Source: Arcobacteraceae bacterium (lineage in GTDB: Bacteria; Campylobacterota; Campylobacteria; Campylobacterales; Arcobacteraceae). Taken from it: a stretch of DNA of 64,000 nucleotides. Under the pieces are notes generated by a model that did not search any database, was not told the origin of the DNA, and saw nothing but the letters and a program-made list of their open reading frames with translations. The position numbers and the translations under genes were made by a program. The stretch's first letter is position 1. Each line of letters starts with the position of its first letter. Where the stretch lies: assembly GCA_963678335.1 (NCBI GenBank), contig OY782822.1, positions 1,868,838 to 1,932,837 on the forward strand. The letters run 5' to 3'. Shown here one piece after another: positions 19,147 through 29,294 of the stretch.

Positions 19147-20671
19147 ATTTTTTCACCTTGTAACCTATCTGTCTAAGGGTAATGCCAAGCATAGCAGCAG
19201 CTTTTGACTGGCTGTTGTCACACTCCTTAAGGGCTTTTATGATAGCTTCTTTTTCCAGTTCGTCCAGTGTTTTATTTTCCAAAGGGATGGTCTTGTATTC
19301 ATCGACCAGGTTTTTGTTGTTCAATGCTGGAAGAAGCAGAAGCATATCCTGGGCACTTATCCCTTTCTCGTCACCCATAAGAACTATTCTTTCTATGGTG
19401 TTTTCCATCTCCCTTACGTTACCAGGCCATGGGTACGACATAAGTTTGTCCATCGCTTCATCAGTGATAGTTACGATTTTTTTGTGGTTTTTTATCGCCC
19501 TTTCAAGGAAGAAATTAACCAGCAGTTTTATATCGTTTCCTCTTTTTCTAAGGGGAGGAAGATCTATGGGGATCACGTTGAGCCTGTAATAAAGGTCTTC
19601 CCTGAACTCGCCGTCTTTTACCATCTGCTCAAGGTTTCTGTTCGTTGCGGCTACAAGCCTTACGTTTACCTTGATGGTTTTGCTTCCACCTACTCTTTCA
19701 AATTCCCTTTCCTGTAGAACCCTTAGAAGTTTAACCTGTGCACTTGGACTGATATCCCCTATCTCATCCAGGAACAGCGTCCCCTTGTGTGCAAGCTCAA
19801 ACCTACCTTTTCTGGTCTCTTTTGCATCGGTAAAGGCACCTTTTTCATGCCCGAAAAGTTCACTTTCCAGAAGGCTGTCGGTGATCGCGGCACAGTTGAG
19901 TTTTACGAAAGCCTCATCCGCTCTTTTACTTCTTTTGTGGATCGCTGCCGCTACAAGTTCTTTACCCGTACCTGTCTCACCCCGGACAAGCACCGTAACA
20001 TCACTGGGTGCTATTCTTTCTACCACCCTGAATACGTCTTTCATTTTTTTGCTTTCGCCGATTATATCGCCGAAATTATGTACTTTTGAATCCCATTCCA
20101 TTTTATAATATTGTTTTAAATCCTTCAATCTCTCTTTTTCATCTTCAACTATAAAATGTGAATACATTGCCTGTGCAAATAAAGAGCTGATAATAGATAA
20201 TATTCTCACCGTATCTTCAAAATCTATTTCGGTAGACTTTGTAAGATTTGCCGCAAGCACCCCTATAACCTGGTGTTCTATGATCATGGGAACGGCTATA
20301 TAAGATATGGTATCGCTGTTTCTGTTTCCAGATTTATTAAGAAAAAGAATATCATTGTGAACATTTTCTATCACGACGGGTTCCATGCTTTTTGCAGCAA
20401 GTCCCGTGGCACCTTCCCCTAGTCTATATTCTGATATTATTTTTTGATGCCGATTGAAATTTATTGCCGCAAATATACTTAGTAAATCCTCTTCAAGTTT
20501 ATAAATTACACAATTCTCAAGGTGCAGGTTTTTCTTTAAGACATTTAAACATTTTTCCAAAGAGGTGACTATCTCACCCCTTGAGTCGGATATGATATTT
20601 GCTATTTCGTATAATACATTTAATTCTATTTGTGTTAAGCTGTTTTCATCATTTTTATAATTCACGGTCAT
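19136..20671 (-). CDS. Sigma-54-dependent transcriptional activator (GAF + AAA+ + Fis-type HTH)
   Basis: 511 aa with an N-terminal GAF-like region. Motifs VLVRGETGTGKELVAAAIH, ESELFGHEKGAFTDA, GTLFLDEIG and VRLVAATN, and a C-terminal HTH AAAMLGITLRQIGYKVKKYGI. Confidence 0.9.
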   Translation of the reverse strand: MTVNYKNDENSLTQIELNVLYEIANIISDSRGEIVTSLEKCLNVLKKNLHLENCVIYKLEEDLLSIFAAINFNRHQKIISEYRLGEGATGLAAKSMEPVVIENVHNDILFLNKSGNRNSDTISYIAVPMIIEHQVIGVLAANLTKSTEIDFEDTVRILSIISSLFAQAMYSHFIVEDEKERLKDLKQYYKMEWDSKVHNFGDIIGESKKMKDVFRVVERIAPSDVTVLVRGETGTGKELVAAAIHKRSKRADEAFVKLNCAAITDSLLESELFGHEKGAFTDAKETRKGRFELAHKGTLFLDEIGDISPSAQVKLLRVLQEREFERVGGSKTIKVNVRLVAATNRNLEQMVKDGEFREDLYYRLNVIPIDLPPLRKRGNDIKLLVNFFLERAIKNHKKIVTITDEAMDKLMSYPWPGNVREMENTIERIVLMGDEKGISAQDMLLLLPALNNKNLVDEYKTIPLENKTLDELEKEAIIKALKECDNSQSKAAAMLGITLRQIGYKVKKYGI

Positions 20672-20750
20672 GTCCTGGTTATAATATTTATATATAGGTA
20701 TTATAACAATTTTTAATCATAAAGATACAAATGTTATGTATACTTTATGA

Positions 20751-20960
20751 TCAATCAGCTAGTTTCTTACAAACTTCTTCTTTGGGAAGATTTTTAGGAC
20801 CCGGTTGTATCCACCATGTTTCACCGTTGCTTAATTCAACTTCCCCTCCCCAGTTGTCTTCTGAGTCAAACTCTATAGTCTCTATGGTCTCTTCCATATC
20901 TTTTTTTGCGATATAGAAATATATTTCCCCGTTTCCTTCTCTTAACATAACTTTTGCCAT
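20751..20960 (-). CDS. Small hypothetical protein (69 aa)
   Basis: The ORF is preceded by AAGGAGAAT with good spacing. No family recognised. Confidence 0.45.
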   Translation of the reverse strand: MAKVMLREGNGEIYFYIAKKDMEETIETIEFDSEDNWGGEVELSNGETWWIQPGPKNLPKEEVCKKLAD

Positions 20961-21010
20961 TTTATTCTCCTTTTTTGGTTTAAGTATATTTGAGCCTTTT
21001 ATTTACCATA

Positions 21011-21051
21011 TCGCTTTTGGCTCGTGCAGCAGCCTCGACTGCTGCAAGCGA
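21011..21051 (-). terminator. GC-rich hairpin downstream of the flavoprotein gene
   Basis: TGCAGCAG-cctcga-CTGCTGCA forms a perfect 8-bp stem, with outer CGCTT/AAGCG pairing. There is no clear U-tract on the minus strand. Confidence 0.4.
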
Positions 21052-21061
21052 TAAGAGTTTT

Positions 21062-22708
21062 TTAATTAGATATGAATCTTTTCACTTTGGATAGAAAACC
21101 GTTCTCCTCTATCCAGACTTTGAAGTAGTTTCTTTTAAGTTCATTGACAAAAATATGTTTTTTGAAGCCTGGTTCTTTTTGGGGGTAATCATCCCTGTGG
21201 TGTGCACCCCTGCTCTCTTTTCTTTTTAATGCGCTTAGTACCACGGCTTCCGAAATCTCAAGTGCATTTCTAAGTTCAAGTATCGATATAAGCTCTACGT
21301 TATTGCTTCTGCTTTTATCTATACAGTGGAGGGTCACTGATTCTCTTCTTAGATATTTAAGGTAGTCGAATGTTTTTTCAAGGCTTTTTTTCGATCTGTT
21401 TATACCTGCATTCTGGAACATGGTATTCCCAAGACTGATCCTCATTGCGTTGAAGTTTTTTGTGGTATCTGAATCAAATATCCTGTCCACCCGGTTCTGG
21501 TCTTTTGCTACGATATTGTAATCAATGGGGAGGAACTCCCTGTTATGTATATGTTTAAGGGCTTTTTTACCTGCAAGCTCGCCGAATACAACACCTTCAA
21601 GGAGTGAATTTCCCCCCAGCCTGTTTGCCCCGTGAACTCCCAAGGCAGCGCATTCGCCGCATACATAAAGTCCTTTTATGGCGGTTTTTGTCATTTTTGA
21701 TTCAATCCCTCCCATGGAGTAATGGGCTACTGGTTTTATGGGTAAGAGCTCTTGTGAAACATCTATACCCGCCTGCATATAAGCTGCCTTGTAAAGGCTT
21801 GGAAGTTTTGTTTCGATATGCTCTTTGGAAAGATGCCTGAGATCTATAAAAACCTCTTTGCCGTTTTTTATCTGTTCGGTTATGGCACGGCTGACCACAT
21901 CCCTGGTATCAAGCTCGTCAACAAACCTTTCTTTGTCGCTGTTTACGAGGTATCCTCCCTCTCCCCTTGCGGCTTCGCTTACGAGGTAGCTTGTTTTTGC
22001 CATCCCGGTTGGATGGAATTGTACGAACTCCATATCCACGAGATTAAGCCCTGCCCTTAGTGCAACGGCAAGCATATCTCCCGTATAGTCCTGGGCATTC
22101 GTACTGAATCCCCTGTATATTCCCGCATATCCGCCTCCTGCCAGGATCACCGATTTTGCGGGGTAAACCATAAGGGAAGAATCAAATCTTCGCAGGGAAA
22201 CCACGCCGCTTACCGTATCGTTCAGTTTTGTTATGTTCATAACGAAGTTATTGACCAGAAATTCGACACCTACGCTTTTGGCTTTTTTTATAAGTGCCTG
22301 GGTGATAGCTGAACCTGTTTTGTCTCCTACATAACAGGTCCTTTTGCTGCTTCCTCCCCCGAAGCTTCTTTGGAGAATGTTCCCTTTTTCGTCCCTGTCG
22401 AAATCAACTCCGTAATCGATCAGTTTTGATATGATACGGGAGGCTGTTTCACACATATATGTTACTGTTTTTTTATCGGCAAGGCCGTAAGAGCCTTTTA
22501 TGGTATCATCTATATGTTTTTGTATCTCATCTTTGTCATTGGCGTTTAGTACGGCATTTATGCCGCCGCTTGCCATGGAGCTGTTGGATTTGAAGAGGTT
22601 CCCTTTTGTTATAAGTGCAACCTTGCTGTTGTAGTTTTCGGACTTGACTTCTATTGCAGCCATTAATCCTGCTACTCCTCCGCCCACTACGATTACGTCA
22701 TACAACAT
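21062..22708 (-). CDS. FAD flavoprotein of the SdhA/FrdA/NadB superfamily (candidate L-aspartate oxidase or soluble fumarate reductase)
   Basis: 548 aa with DVIVVGGGVAGLMAA, FVQFHPTG, AHYSMGGI, VHGANRLGGNSLLEGVVFG and ESRGAHHRDDYP. There is no His at the position where SdhA attaches FAD covalently (SMASGGINA). No Fe-S or membrane subunit genes lie nearby. Confidence 0.6.
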   Translation of the reverse strand: MLYDVIVVGGGVAGLMAAIEVKSENYNSKVALITKGNLFKSNSSMASGGINAVLNANDKDEIQKHIDDTIKGSYGLADKKTVTYMCETASRIISKLIDYGVDFDRDEKGNILQRSFGGGSSKRTCYVGDKTGSAITQALIKKAKSVGVEFLVNNFVMNITKLNDTVSGVVSLRRFDSSLMVYPAKSVILAGGGYAGIYRGFSTNAQDYTGDMLAVALRAGLNLVDMEFVQFHPTGMAKTSYLVSEAARGEGGYLVNSDKERFVDELDTRDVVSRAITEQIKNGKEVFIDLRHLSKEHIETKLPSLYKAAYMQAGIDVSQELLPIKPVAHYSMGGIESKMTKTAIKGLYVCGECAALGVHGANRLGGNSLLEGVVFGELAGKKALKHIHNREFLPIDYNIVAKDQNRVDRIFDSDTTKNFNAMRISLGNTMFQNAGINRSKKSLEKTFDYLKYLRRESVTLHCIDKSRSNNVELISILELRNALEISEAVVLSALKRKESRGAHHRDDYPQKEPGFKKHIFVNELKRNYFKVWIEENGFLSKVKRFISN

Positions 22709-22710
22709 GA

Positions 22711-23817
22711 TTACAGCCTGTACAGAAGATCATATTTTGTTCTTGGGACTGCTTTTATTTTCGATATTTCACAGTTGTGCCTGATATTGACGGGTACACG
22801 GCTCCCAAATAGACTGCTTACGATACCTGGGGTCGATCTTACGAACTGAAGGGCAAGCTGAATATCGCTTTTAAGGGTCATTGAATCGTCCAGTACCACT
22901 CCCGTTTCTGCCGAAAATGATTTTTTGAACAGATTCATCTGCAGTAACGAAGAACTGCTTATTACCCCGATGCCAAGTCTGTGTGCCGCTTGTATCAGGG
23001 TACAGGGCTCGCCTTTTACTTTTTGTGTGGCTGTTGTATAAGCGGTCGTTTTCCCCATGTTGAAAGGTGTCTGTATATATTTGAACCTGTGATTTTCCCC
23101 GCCCGCTTTTTTTGCGATCTCTACCAGTTTTTCCAGGCTGATTGTTTCATTGGTCTCGGAGATAAATCCGTTCCATACCGCTACCCCGTAATATTTGAAC
23201 AGTCCCAGATCGGCCAGTTTCTCAAATCTATTGAATATCCTTTCGATCTGTTTGTAAAAATCCTTTTCCCCGAGCTTTAATATCTGCATCTCAGGGTTGT
23301 GTAGATAATATATATCAAAAGAATCAACACCTGTATTCTCAAGGCTTTTTCTACATGACCATTCAAGATAATCAGGGGTCATACAGTGTTGGTCAAGTTC
23401 GATATCCTCTTTTGACGCAAGCCCTTTTTGGATCATATTCTCATCTATCCAGGTGTATGGATTTTCCGGGAACGGGTAATCAAGCTGTATAAATCCCCCT
23501 TTTGAGCAGATGATCAGCTCTTCCCTTTTTACTGCATCTTCATCAAAAAGCTCTTTTAATGCAGTTCCTATCTCTTTTTCACTCTGCCCGTATCTGTAGT
23601 TGCTGGCAGTATCGATAAGGTTTATACCGTTTTTAACTGCTTCTTTTACCGCTTCGATATAGTGGAAAACATAATTTTCCTCTTTGTAAGGCTCTTTGTT
23701 GAACGTTCCAAGACCCAGTTTTGAGAAGATCAGGTCGTTGCTTTGTATATAAAAATCTTTGTATGTTGAGAATTTTTTGGCAAAATCGTATGTTGCCTCT
23801 TTTGTTGCATTTGACAT
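22711..23817 (-). CDS. Aldo/keto reductase family oxidoreductase
   Basis: 368 aa with GINLIDTASNYRYGQSEKEIG and the AKR-like layout. It starts 2 nt before the flavoprotein gene. Confidence 0.8.
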   Translation of the reverse strand: MSNATKEATYDFAKKFSTYKDFYIQSNDLIFSKLGLGTFNKEPYKEENYVFHYIEAVKEAVKNGINLIDTASNYRYGQSEKEIGTALKELFDEDAVKREELIICSKGGFIQLDYPFPENPYTWIDENMIQKGLASKEDIELDQHCMTPDYLEWSCRKSLENTGVDSFDIYYLHNPEMQILKLGEKDFYKQIERIFNRFEKLADLGLFKYYGVAVWNGFISETNETISLEKLVEIAKKAGGENHRFKYIQTPFNMGKTTAYTTATQKVKGEPCTLIQAAHRLGIGVISSSSLLQMNLFKKSFSAETGVVLDDSMTLKSDIQLALQFVRSTPGIVSSLFGSRVPVNIRHNCEISKIKAVPRTKYDLLYRL

Positions 23818-24215
23818 TATCTTTGCTCTTTTGCTCTTTTTTGGTAAGTTTTATTCGTATAGATGATTATACCCGTAGTATAAGCTATTAATATTATCGG
23901 TAATATGATGGTTTCCATTTATTATCCTTTTGAAAGTGAACAGCAGATATAAAACCCGCTGTTTTGTTTGAAATTAAGTTGTTAATATATATGCAAGTAA
24001 TGTTCCTTTTGTACAAAATCTTATTTTTGAGCTTTTCATCTTCTTCAGATTGATAAAAGCAGTCTTTTTTATATTACAATTTTGTAAACAGTCTTGATAA
24101 GAGGGATATCTTCTTTCAATTTTGTTTGACTATTGTTTATAAAATGTATAAAATCTGTAATTGATATGTTACTTATTTTATATAAAATATAAAAACATAT
24201 ATTTAGGAGAATTTT

Positions 24216-26228
24216 ATGAAAACAGCTTTGCTCTTCGGTATCCATTGCCATCAGCCTATCGATAATTTTGACTGGGTTATTTATGATGCTATAGAAAAAT
24301 CGTATAAACCGTTTTTCGAGACTTTAAAAGAGTTCCCACTATTTAAGATCTCGGTTCATTTCAGCGGTTCCCTTTTGGAGTTTATCGAAAAGAACGACAG
24401 GGAGCTGTTTTCTTTGATGCAAAGCTTATCATCCCAGATAGAGTTTTTTTCGGGAGGTTATTATGAACCTGTTCTGGCTTCCATACCTTCAAAAGACAGG
24501 GTGGGTCAGATAAAGAAACTCAACAGTTTTATAAAAAAACATTTCAACCAGACCCCCAAAGGCCTATGGCTGACCGAAAGGGTCTGGGAAAACACGGTTA
24601 TAAAAGATATAAAAGAGTGCGGCATAAAATACGTGATCGTGGATGATTACCATATCTCTACCAGCAATCCCGGAAAAAAAGAACTGAACGGCTATTTCTT
24701 AACGGAAGAGTCGGGCGAGGATATGGCACTGTTCCCCATAGACCAGGGATTGAGATATGCCATACCTTTTTATAGCCTGGAGGAAACAAGTAAGATATTA
24801 AAGGGTTTCAAGAACGTAAAAGGGAAAAATGCCGCAATAATCTTTGACGACGGGGAGAAATTCGGTATCTGGCCAAAAACATACGAAACGGTATATGAGA
24901 AAGGATGGCTGAAAGATTTTATCACCCAGACCCTCAACGACAAAGATATAGAGGTGCAAACCTTCAAAGAATACTACAAGCACAATGATCCCGTGGGATT
25001 AAGCTATATACCTACGGTGTCTTATTTTGAGATGGGGGAATGGTCTTTAAGCGGCAAAGACGCATATGAGCTTGAATGTTTTTCCCGAAAGAATATCCTT
25101 GACAAAAGATTTTTAAGGGGCGGTATCTGGAAGAACTTCTTTACAAAATACCAGGAGAGCAACTGGATACACAAAAGGGTTCTGGAACTGTCAAAGAAGC
25201 AGCTTGATACCTATGAGTATAAAGAAGCACTTTATAAAGCCCAGTGCAATGACGTATTGTGGCACGGTGTCTTCGGGGGGATATATCTTCCCAATTTACG
25301 GGATAACGCTTTTAAATATATCATTGAGTGCGAGAAGCTGCTTGGGTGCCGGAAAGATGTTCTTGACATAGATATGAACGGCGTTGATGAGTACAAATAT
25401 GTAACCGATGATCTTCTGGCGATCGTATCAACGAGCAGCGGGGGACAGATATTCGAGCTTGACCTTTGGGACAAAAGCTACAACCTGCAAAACACTTTAT
25501 CCAGGTATGAAGAGTCTTATCACAAAAAGATAGAGGTACAGGTAGAAGAACCCCGGTCAAGTGAAGAGGATACAAGCGGTAAAATAGCAACGATACATGA
25601 AAACAGCTTGACCGTGGACCAGGAGATATCGCTGGATTACGACTGGTATATGAAAAAGTCAGCAATAGATCATATCGTATCAGCAGGTATTTCCATAGAG
25701 GAGTTTGCAAAAAACAGTTTTAACGAATACGGGGATTTTGCGAACCAGCCTTATGAGGTATCAAAGTCAACGAAGAAAAAGCTTAACCTCAAAAGGGACG
25801 GCGGGATATATAAGTATAATAAGAAGTTCGATACAAGTATAACAAAAAAATATTTTTTCAAGAAAAACCAGATAAATATAAGCGGTATGCTCTCAAGCTC
25901 CTCTTTTGAGAAGTTCAAATATATACAGGAGTGGAACTTCCATTTTGCCGACCTTGAGAAGCTTTTTTTCAACGGGGTAAGGCTGGAAAAAGGGAAACAA
26001 TACTCAAACCTTGAGATAATTACAAAAGAGTTAAAGGTTTATGACCAGTATCTGGAAAAGACGATTCTATTTAGTTTTGACCAAAAGATAAAAGTCTTTG
26101 TGACTGCCCTTAACAGTATAAGCCAAAGCGAACAAGGGATCGATATCACAAACCAGGGCGTAACGATCGGCTTTTTATATGAGCTGGAATCAAAGCTTGG
26201 CTTTAATATCACAATGGAGATAGTATAG
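24216..26228 (+). CDS. Glycoside hydrolase family 57 enzyme (alpha-amylase / 4-alpha-glucanotransferase type)
   Basis: 670 aa with an N-terminal LLFGIHCHQPIDNF, GLWLTERVWE, DDGEKFG and the GH57 layout. Confidence 0.85.
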   Translation: MKTALLFGIHCHQPIDNFDWVIYDAIEKSYKPFFETLKEFPLFKISVHFSGSLLEFIEKNDRELFSLMQSLSSQIEFFSGGYYEPVLASIPSKDRVGQIKKLNSFIKKHFNQTPKGLWLTERVWENTVIKDIKECGIKYVIVDDYHISTSNPGKKELNGYFLTEESGEDMALFPIDQGLRYAIPFYSLEETSKILKGFKNVKGKNAAIIFDDGEKFGIWPKTYETVYEKGWLKDFITQTLNDKDIEVQTFKEYYKHNDPVGLSYIPTVSYFEMGEWSLSGKDAYELECFSRKNILDKRFLRGGIWKNFFTKYQESNWIHKRVLELSKKQLDTYEYKEALYKAQCNDVLWHGVFGGIYLPNLRDNAFKYIIECEKLLGCRKDVLDIDMNGVDEYKYVTDDLLAIVSTSSGGQIFELDLWDKSYNLQNTLSRYEESYHKKIEVQVEEPRSSEEDTSGKIATIHENSLTVDQEISLDYDWYMKKSAIDHIVSAGISIEEFAKNSFNEYGDFANQPYEVSKSTKKKLNLKRDGGIYKYNKKFDTSITKKYFFKKNQINISGMLSSSSFEKFKYIQEWNFHFADLEKLFFNGVRLEKGKQYSNLEIITKELKVYDQYLEKTILFSFDQKIKVFVTALNSISQSEQGIDITNQGVTIGFLYELESKLGFNITMEIV

Positions 26229-26509
26229 TTCAAGCATACACTTAAATAATTTATCAAATTAAGTTAAACTTAATAAAATAAAGGTAATATAATATTACTA
26301 TTAATCATAATATATATTTTAGTAATATTTATTATGAATAAAAAGGATATATTATGGAATTCGTAAAAACTGTACTTGATCTGTTTTTGTTTAAAAAGAA
26401 ACACAAGCAGGAGAGACTCTCCAACAGTGCTGATTTGTCAAAATTGATGCAATGGGGAAATTTCAGTGAAGTCAACAGCTCAATGAAATATTGAGTTTAA
26501 GGATATCCG

Positions 26510-27157
26510 TTACTTTTTATCAGTATACGGATATCTTATTATCGAGGCTATTCCGGCAGCTCTGTTTGCTACTTTTTCACTTTCCCTTAATGCCGTTAAG
26601 ATCTTTTCCACATCCAAAGAGGTGTCGTTCTTTGAGATTATATACCTATTTATAGAGTCGTAGATATTGTCTATTTTATCTTCCAGAAGTATGATTTCGT
26701 TATATGTGTCTGAAATATCGTCATCGTTATCGAACTCAATTATATTATAAGAATTTTCCAGTATCTTTATTATTTGGGAATATATCCGGGCGGAGAACTT
26801 CTTGATACTCTTATCTTCAAGGATAATGCAGCTGTTTTCCAGTTTGTTGACCACTATTCTGGTATTTAGGGCTATTTTGACTATTTCATTGGTTGCTTTT
26901 AAATAAGATACAAGTTTATTGATATCTTTTTTTCTTGTCTCTTCGCACGAAATCGCTTTTAATATGTTTTTGTCCAGGGTCTGGGAAAGTTCGGAAATAG
27001 AGTGCTTGTTTAACTGTTTTTTTGTTTTTTTGATATTTTCATCATTACAGTCGTTTATAAGCTCTTTGATAGATCTATTGTTATTTATCAAGATCTTAAG
27101 GACGTTTTTAAGGTCCTTTTTGATCTCTTTGATCTCATTACTACAACATTTGGCCAT
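26510..27157 (-). CDS. Hypothetical helical protein (faint PhoU/DUF47-like C-terminus)
   Basis: 215 aa, Lys/Ile/Asn-rich. LRESEKVANRAAGIASII faintly resembles PhoU-type helices. Confidence 0.3.
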   Translation of the reverse strand: MAKCCSNEIKEIKKDLKNVLKILINNNRSIKELINDCNDENIKKTKKQLNKHSISELSQTLDKNILKAISCEETRKKDINKLVSYLKATNEIVKIALNTRIVVNKLENSCIILEDKSIKKFSARIYSQIIKILENSYNIIEFDNDDDISDTYNEIILLEDKIDNIYDSINRYIISKNDTSLDVEKILTALRESEKVANRAAGIASIIRYPYTDKK

Positions 27158-27207
27158 AATTAGATTCCTTTGGTCTTATAAATTATTATAGTAAAAATTA
27201 TAGGTGA

Positions 27208-28815
27208 TTATAGGAACAATTCAGTTACAATGGCCTTTGCATCCTCTTGTATTTGAACTAAATGCTCGTTGTCTATAAAGCTTTCCGCATAGATCTTGTA
27301 TACATCTTCGGTCCCTGAGGGCCGAAGGGCGCACCAGCCGTTTGCTGTATTGATCTTCAATCCCCCTATTTTTGCGCCGTTGCTTGCAACTGTTAATATA
27401 GATTCTATTTTTTCCCCCGCCAGGGTATCTGCTTTTATATCTTCACTCTGCAGGTTTTTCAGTATTTTTTTCTGCTTTGTATCTGCCGGGGCGTCGATCC
27501 TTGCATAGATCGGGCTGCCGTGCTCTTTTGTGAGGTTCTCGTAATATATTCCTGGATCGTTCTTTGTAACCGCCAGTATCTCGGCTGCGAGAAGATTTAA
27601 GATGATACCGTCTTTGTCCGTACTCCAGGGTTTTTTGTCAAATCTTAAAAAGCTGGCACCTGCGCTCTCTTCCCCTCCGAAGAATATCTCCCCGTCCGTC
27701 ATTGGTTTTACGAACCATTTAAAGCCTACCGGGGTTTCTAAGAGTTTTTTGCCGTTCTTTTTTGCAACCCTGTCGATCATGGAGCTGCTTACAAGTGTTT
27801 TCCCGATCCCAAGCTCGTCAAAACTTCTATTCTTGCAAAGATAGTCAATAGCAACGCTCAGGTAATGGTTCGGATTTAACAGCCCTTTGCTTTTTGTAAC
27901 GATACCGTGCCTGTCAAAGTCCGTATCGTTCCCGAAGGCTATATCGAAGCTGTCTTTATAATCTATAAGTCCCGCCATGGCATAAGGGCTTGAACAGTCC
28001 ATTCTGATCTTGCCGTCTTTGTCGCAGTGCATAAATGAAAAAGTAAAATCCACGTTGTTGTTAAAAAGCTCTATGTCAAGCCCGTACTCTTTTGCAATTG
28101 CACCGTAATATTCAAGACCGCTTCCACCCATGCAGTCCGCTCCTATTTTTAAGTCGGCTTTTTTTATGGCATCCATGTTTATCACGTTTTTAAGATCTTT
28201 TACATAGGGTGTCATAAAGTCGTATTCCTCCAGGCACTCCTGCTGCAGGGCTTCTTCCATATCAAAGAACATGATCCCCTCAAGGTCGTTTTCAAGGTAT
28301 TGGTTTGCCCTTGCCTGTATCCAGTCCGTTACGTCCACGTCCGCAGGCCCACCGTCAAGGCCGTTGTATTTGAATCCTCCGTCGCAAGGGGGATTGTGTG
28401 AAGGTGTTATAACTATCCCGTCGCTTCCCTTATGGGTAAGGATGGCATGTGAGATAACGGGTGTAGGTGTATATTTCATATCCTTTGCATAACATACTTT
28501 TACCTCGTTTGCAGCCAAGACCTGCAAAGCAGTGGTATGTGCAGGGGTTGAAAGCGCATGGGTATCCATCCCCATAAACAAGGTTCCGTTTATGTCGTTC
28601 TCTTTCCTGTAGTCCACAACCGCCTGGGTCACGGCCAGGATATGGGCTTCGTTGAAACTGCCTTTGAGGCTGCTTCCCCTGTGGCCCGAAGTTCCGAAAC
28701 TTATCATTTGCGATTCATCTTGTGTATCTGGATAGATCGTATAATATTTACTTACTAAAGCTGCAATATTTTCCAATATCTCTTTTGGTGCGATTTTTCC
28801 GGCATTTTCGTGCAT
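27208..28815 (-). CDS. pgm: Phosphoglucomutase (alpha-D-glucose phosphate-specific)
   Basis: 535 aa with FGTSGHRG, the active-site loop TPSHNPPCDGGFKY, GNDTDFDRHG and GGEESAG. Confidence 0.92.
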   Translation of the reverse strand: MHENAGKIAPKEILENIAALVSKYYTIYPDTQDESQMISFGTSGHRGSSLKGSFNEAHILAVTQAVVDYRKENDINGTLFMGMDTHALSTPAHTTALQVLAANEVKVCYAKDMKYTPTPVISHAILTHKGSDGIVITPSHNPPCDGGFKYNGLDGGPADVDVTDWIQARANQYLENDLEGIMFFDMEEALQQECLEEYDFMTPYVKDLKNVINMDAIKKADLKIGADCMGGSGLEYYGAIAKEYGLDIELFNNNVDFTFSFMHCDKDGKIRMDCSSPYAMAGLIDYKDSFDIAFGNDTDFDRHGIVTKSKGLLNPNHYLSVAIDYLCKNRSFDELGIGKTLVSSSMIDRVAKKNGKKLLETPVGFKWFVKPMTDGEIFFGGEESAGASFLRFDKKPWSTDKDGIILNLLAAEILAVTKNDPGIYYENLTKEHGSPIYARIDAPADTKQKKILKNLQSEDIKADTLAGEKIESILTVASNGAKIGGLKINTANGWCALRPSGTEDVYKIYAESFIDNEHLVQIQEDAKAIVTELFL

Positions 28816-28987
28816 TTTTTTCCTTAAGTTGAGAGGTTTTGATTTGTCTTATTATACTGAAATTAGGTTACATAAAAGTTATCAAGGGTGTTGATTTTTG
28901 TTCAACGGCTTCAATAATATATATAAAATACCTATAAAGTAAGATTTTTACGATATAATTTCACAATATAATTCATAAGGGATAAGA

Positions 28988-29281
28988 ATGACTTTTATCG
29001 ATTTTAAGAAGCTTCTTTTAGACGCAGAGATAACTTTACCTAAATTTAGTAGCTTAATAAAGGTTAGTGAAAAGAATATTCAGGCTTACAAGAAAAAAGG
29101 GGAGATACCGAACAGCATAGCGGCACTTGCAAAATGTTTTGCAAAGATGCACCAGGAAGGTATCGATTACAGGGAAGAGATAAACTCTTTAAGCCTCGTT
29201 GCCAAGACCAAAAAAGGGGCAGGCTTCGGAAAAGACAAGGGTGTGACCAAAAACAAAAAAGAGAAAAGTGAAGATAAATGA
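28988..29281 (+). CDS. Small putative DNA-binding protein with a basic tail
   Basis: 97 aa. It has an HTH-like segment (LPKFSSLIKVSEKNIQAYKKKGEIPNS) and a Lys-rich C-terminus. Confidence 0.4.
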   Translation: MTFIDFKKLLLDAEITLPKFSSLIKVSEKNIQAYKKKGEIPNSIAALAKCFAKMHQEGIDYREEINSLSLVAKTKKGAGFGKDKGVTKNKKEKSEDK

Positions 29282-29294
29282 TCTTCACTTTTTT

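Noticed and set aside
20961-21061. Possible sigma-54 promoter for the 69-aa ORF within CTGCTGCACGAGCCAAAAGCG
   Set aside because: There is no GG/GC pair at the correct -24/-12 spacing. The sequence is better explained as one arm of the 8-bp GC-rich hairpin downstream of the flavoprotein gene.
24069-24251. 60-aa minus-strand ORF overlapping the GH57 start region
   Set aside because: It lies in the AT-rich promoter region, has no RBS, is Ile/Asn/Lys-rich, and overlaps the well-supported GH57 start.
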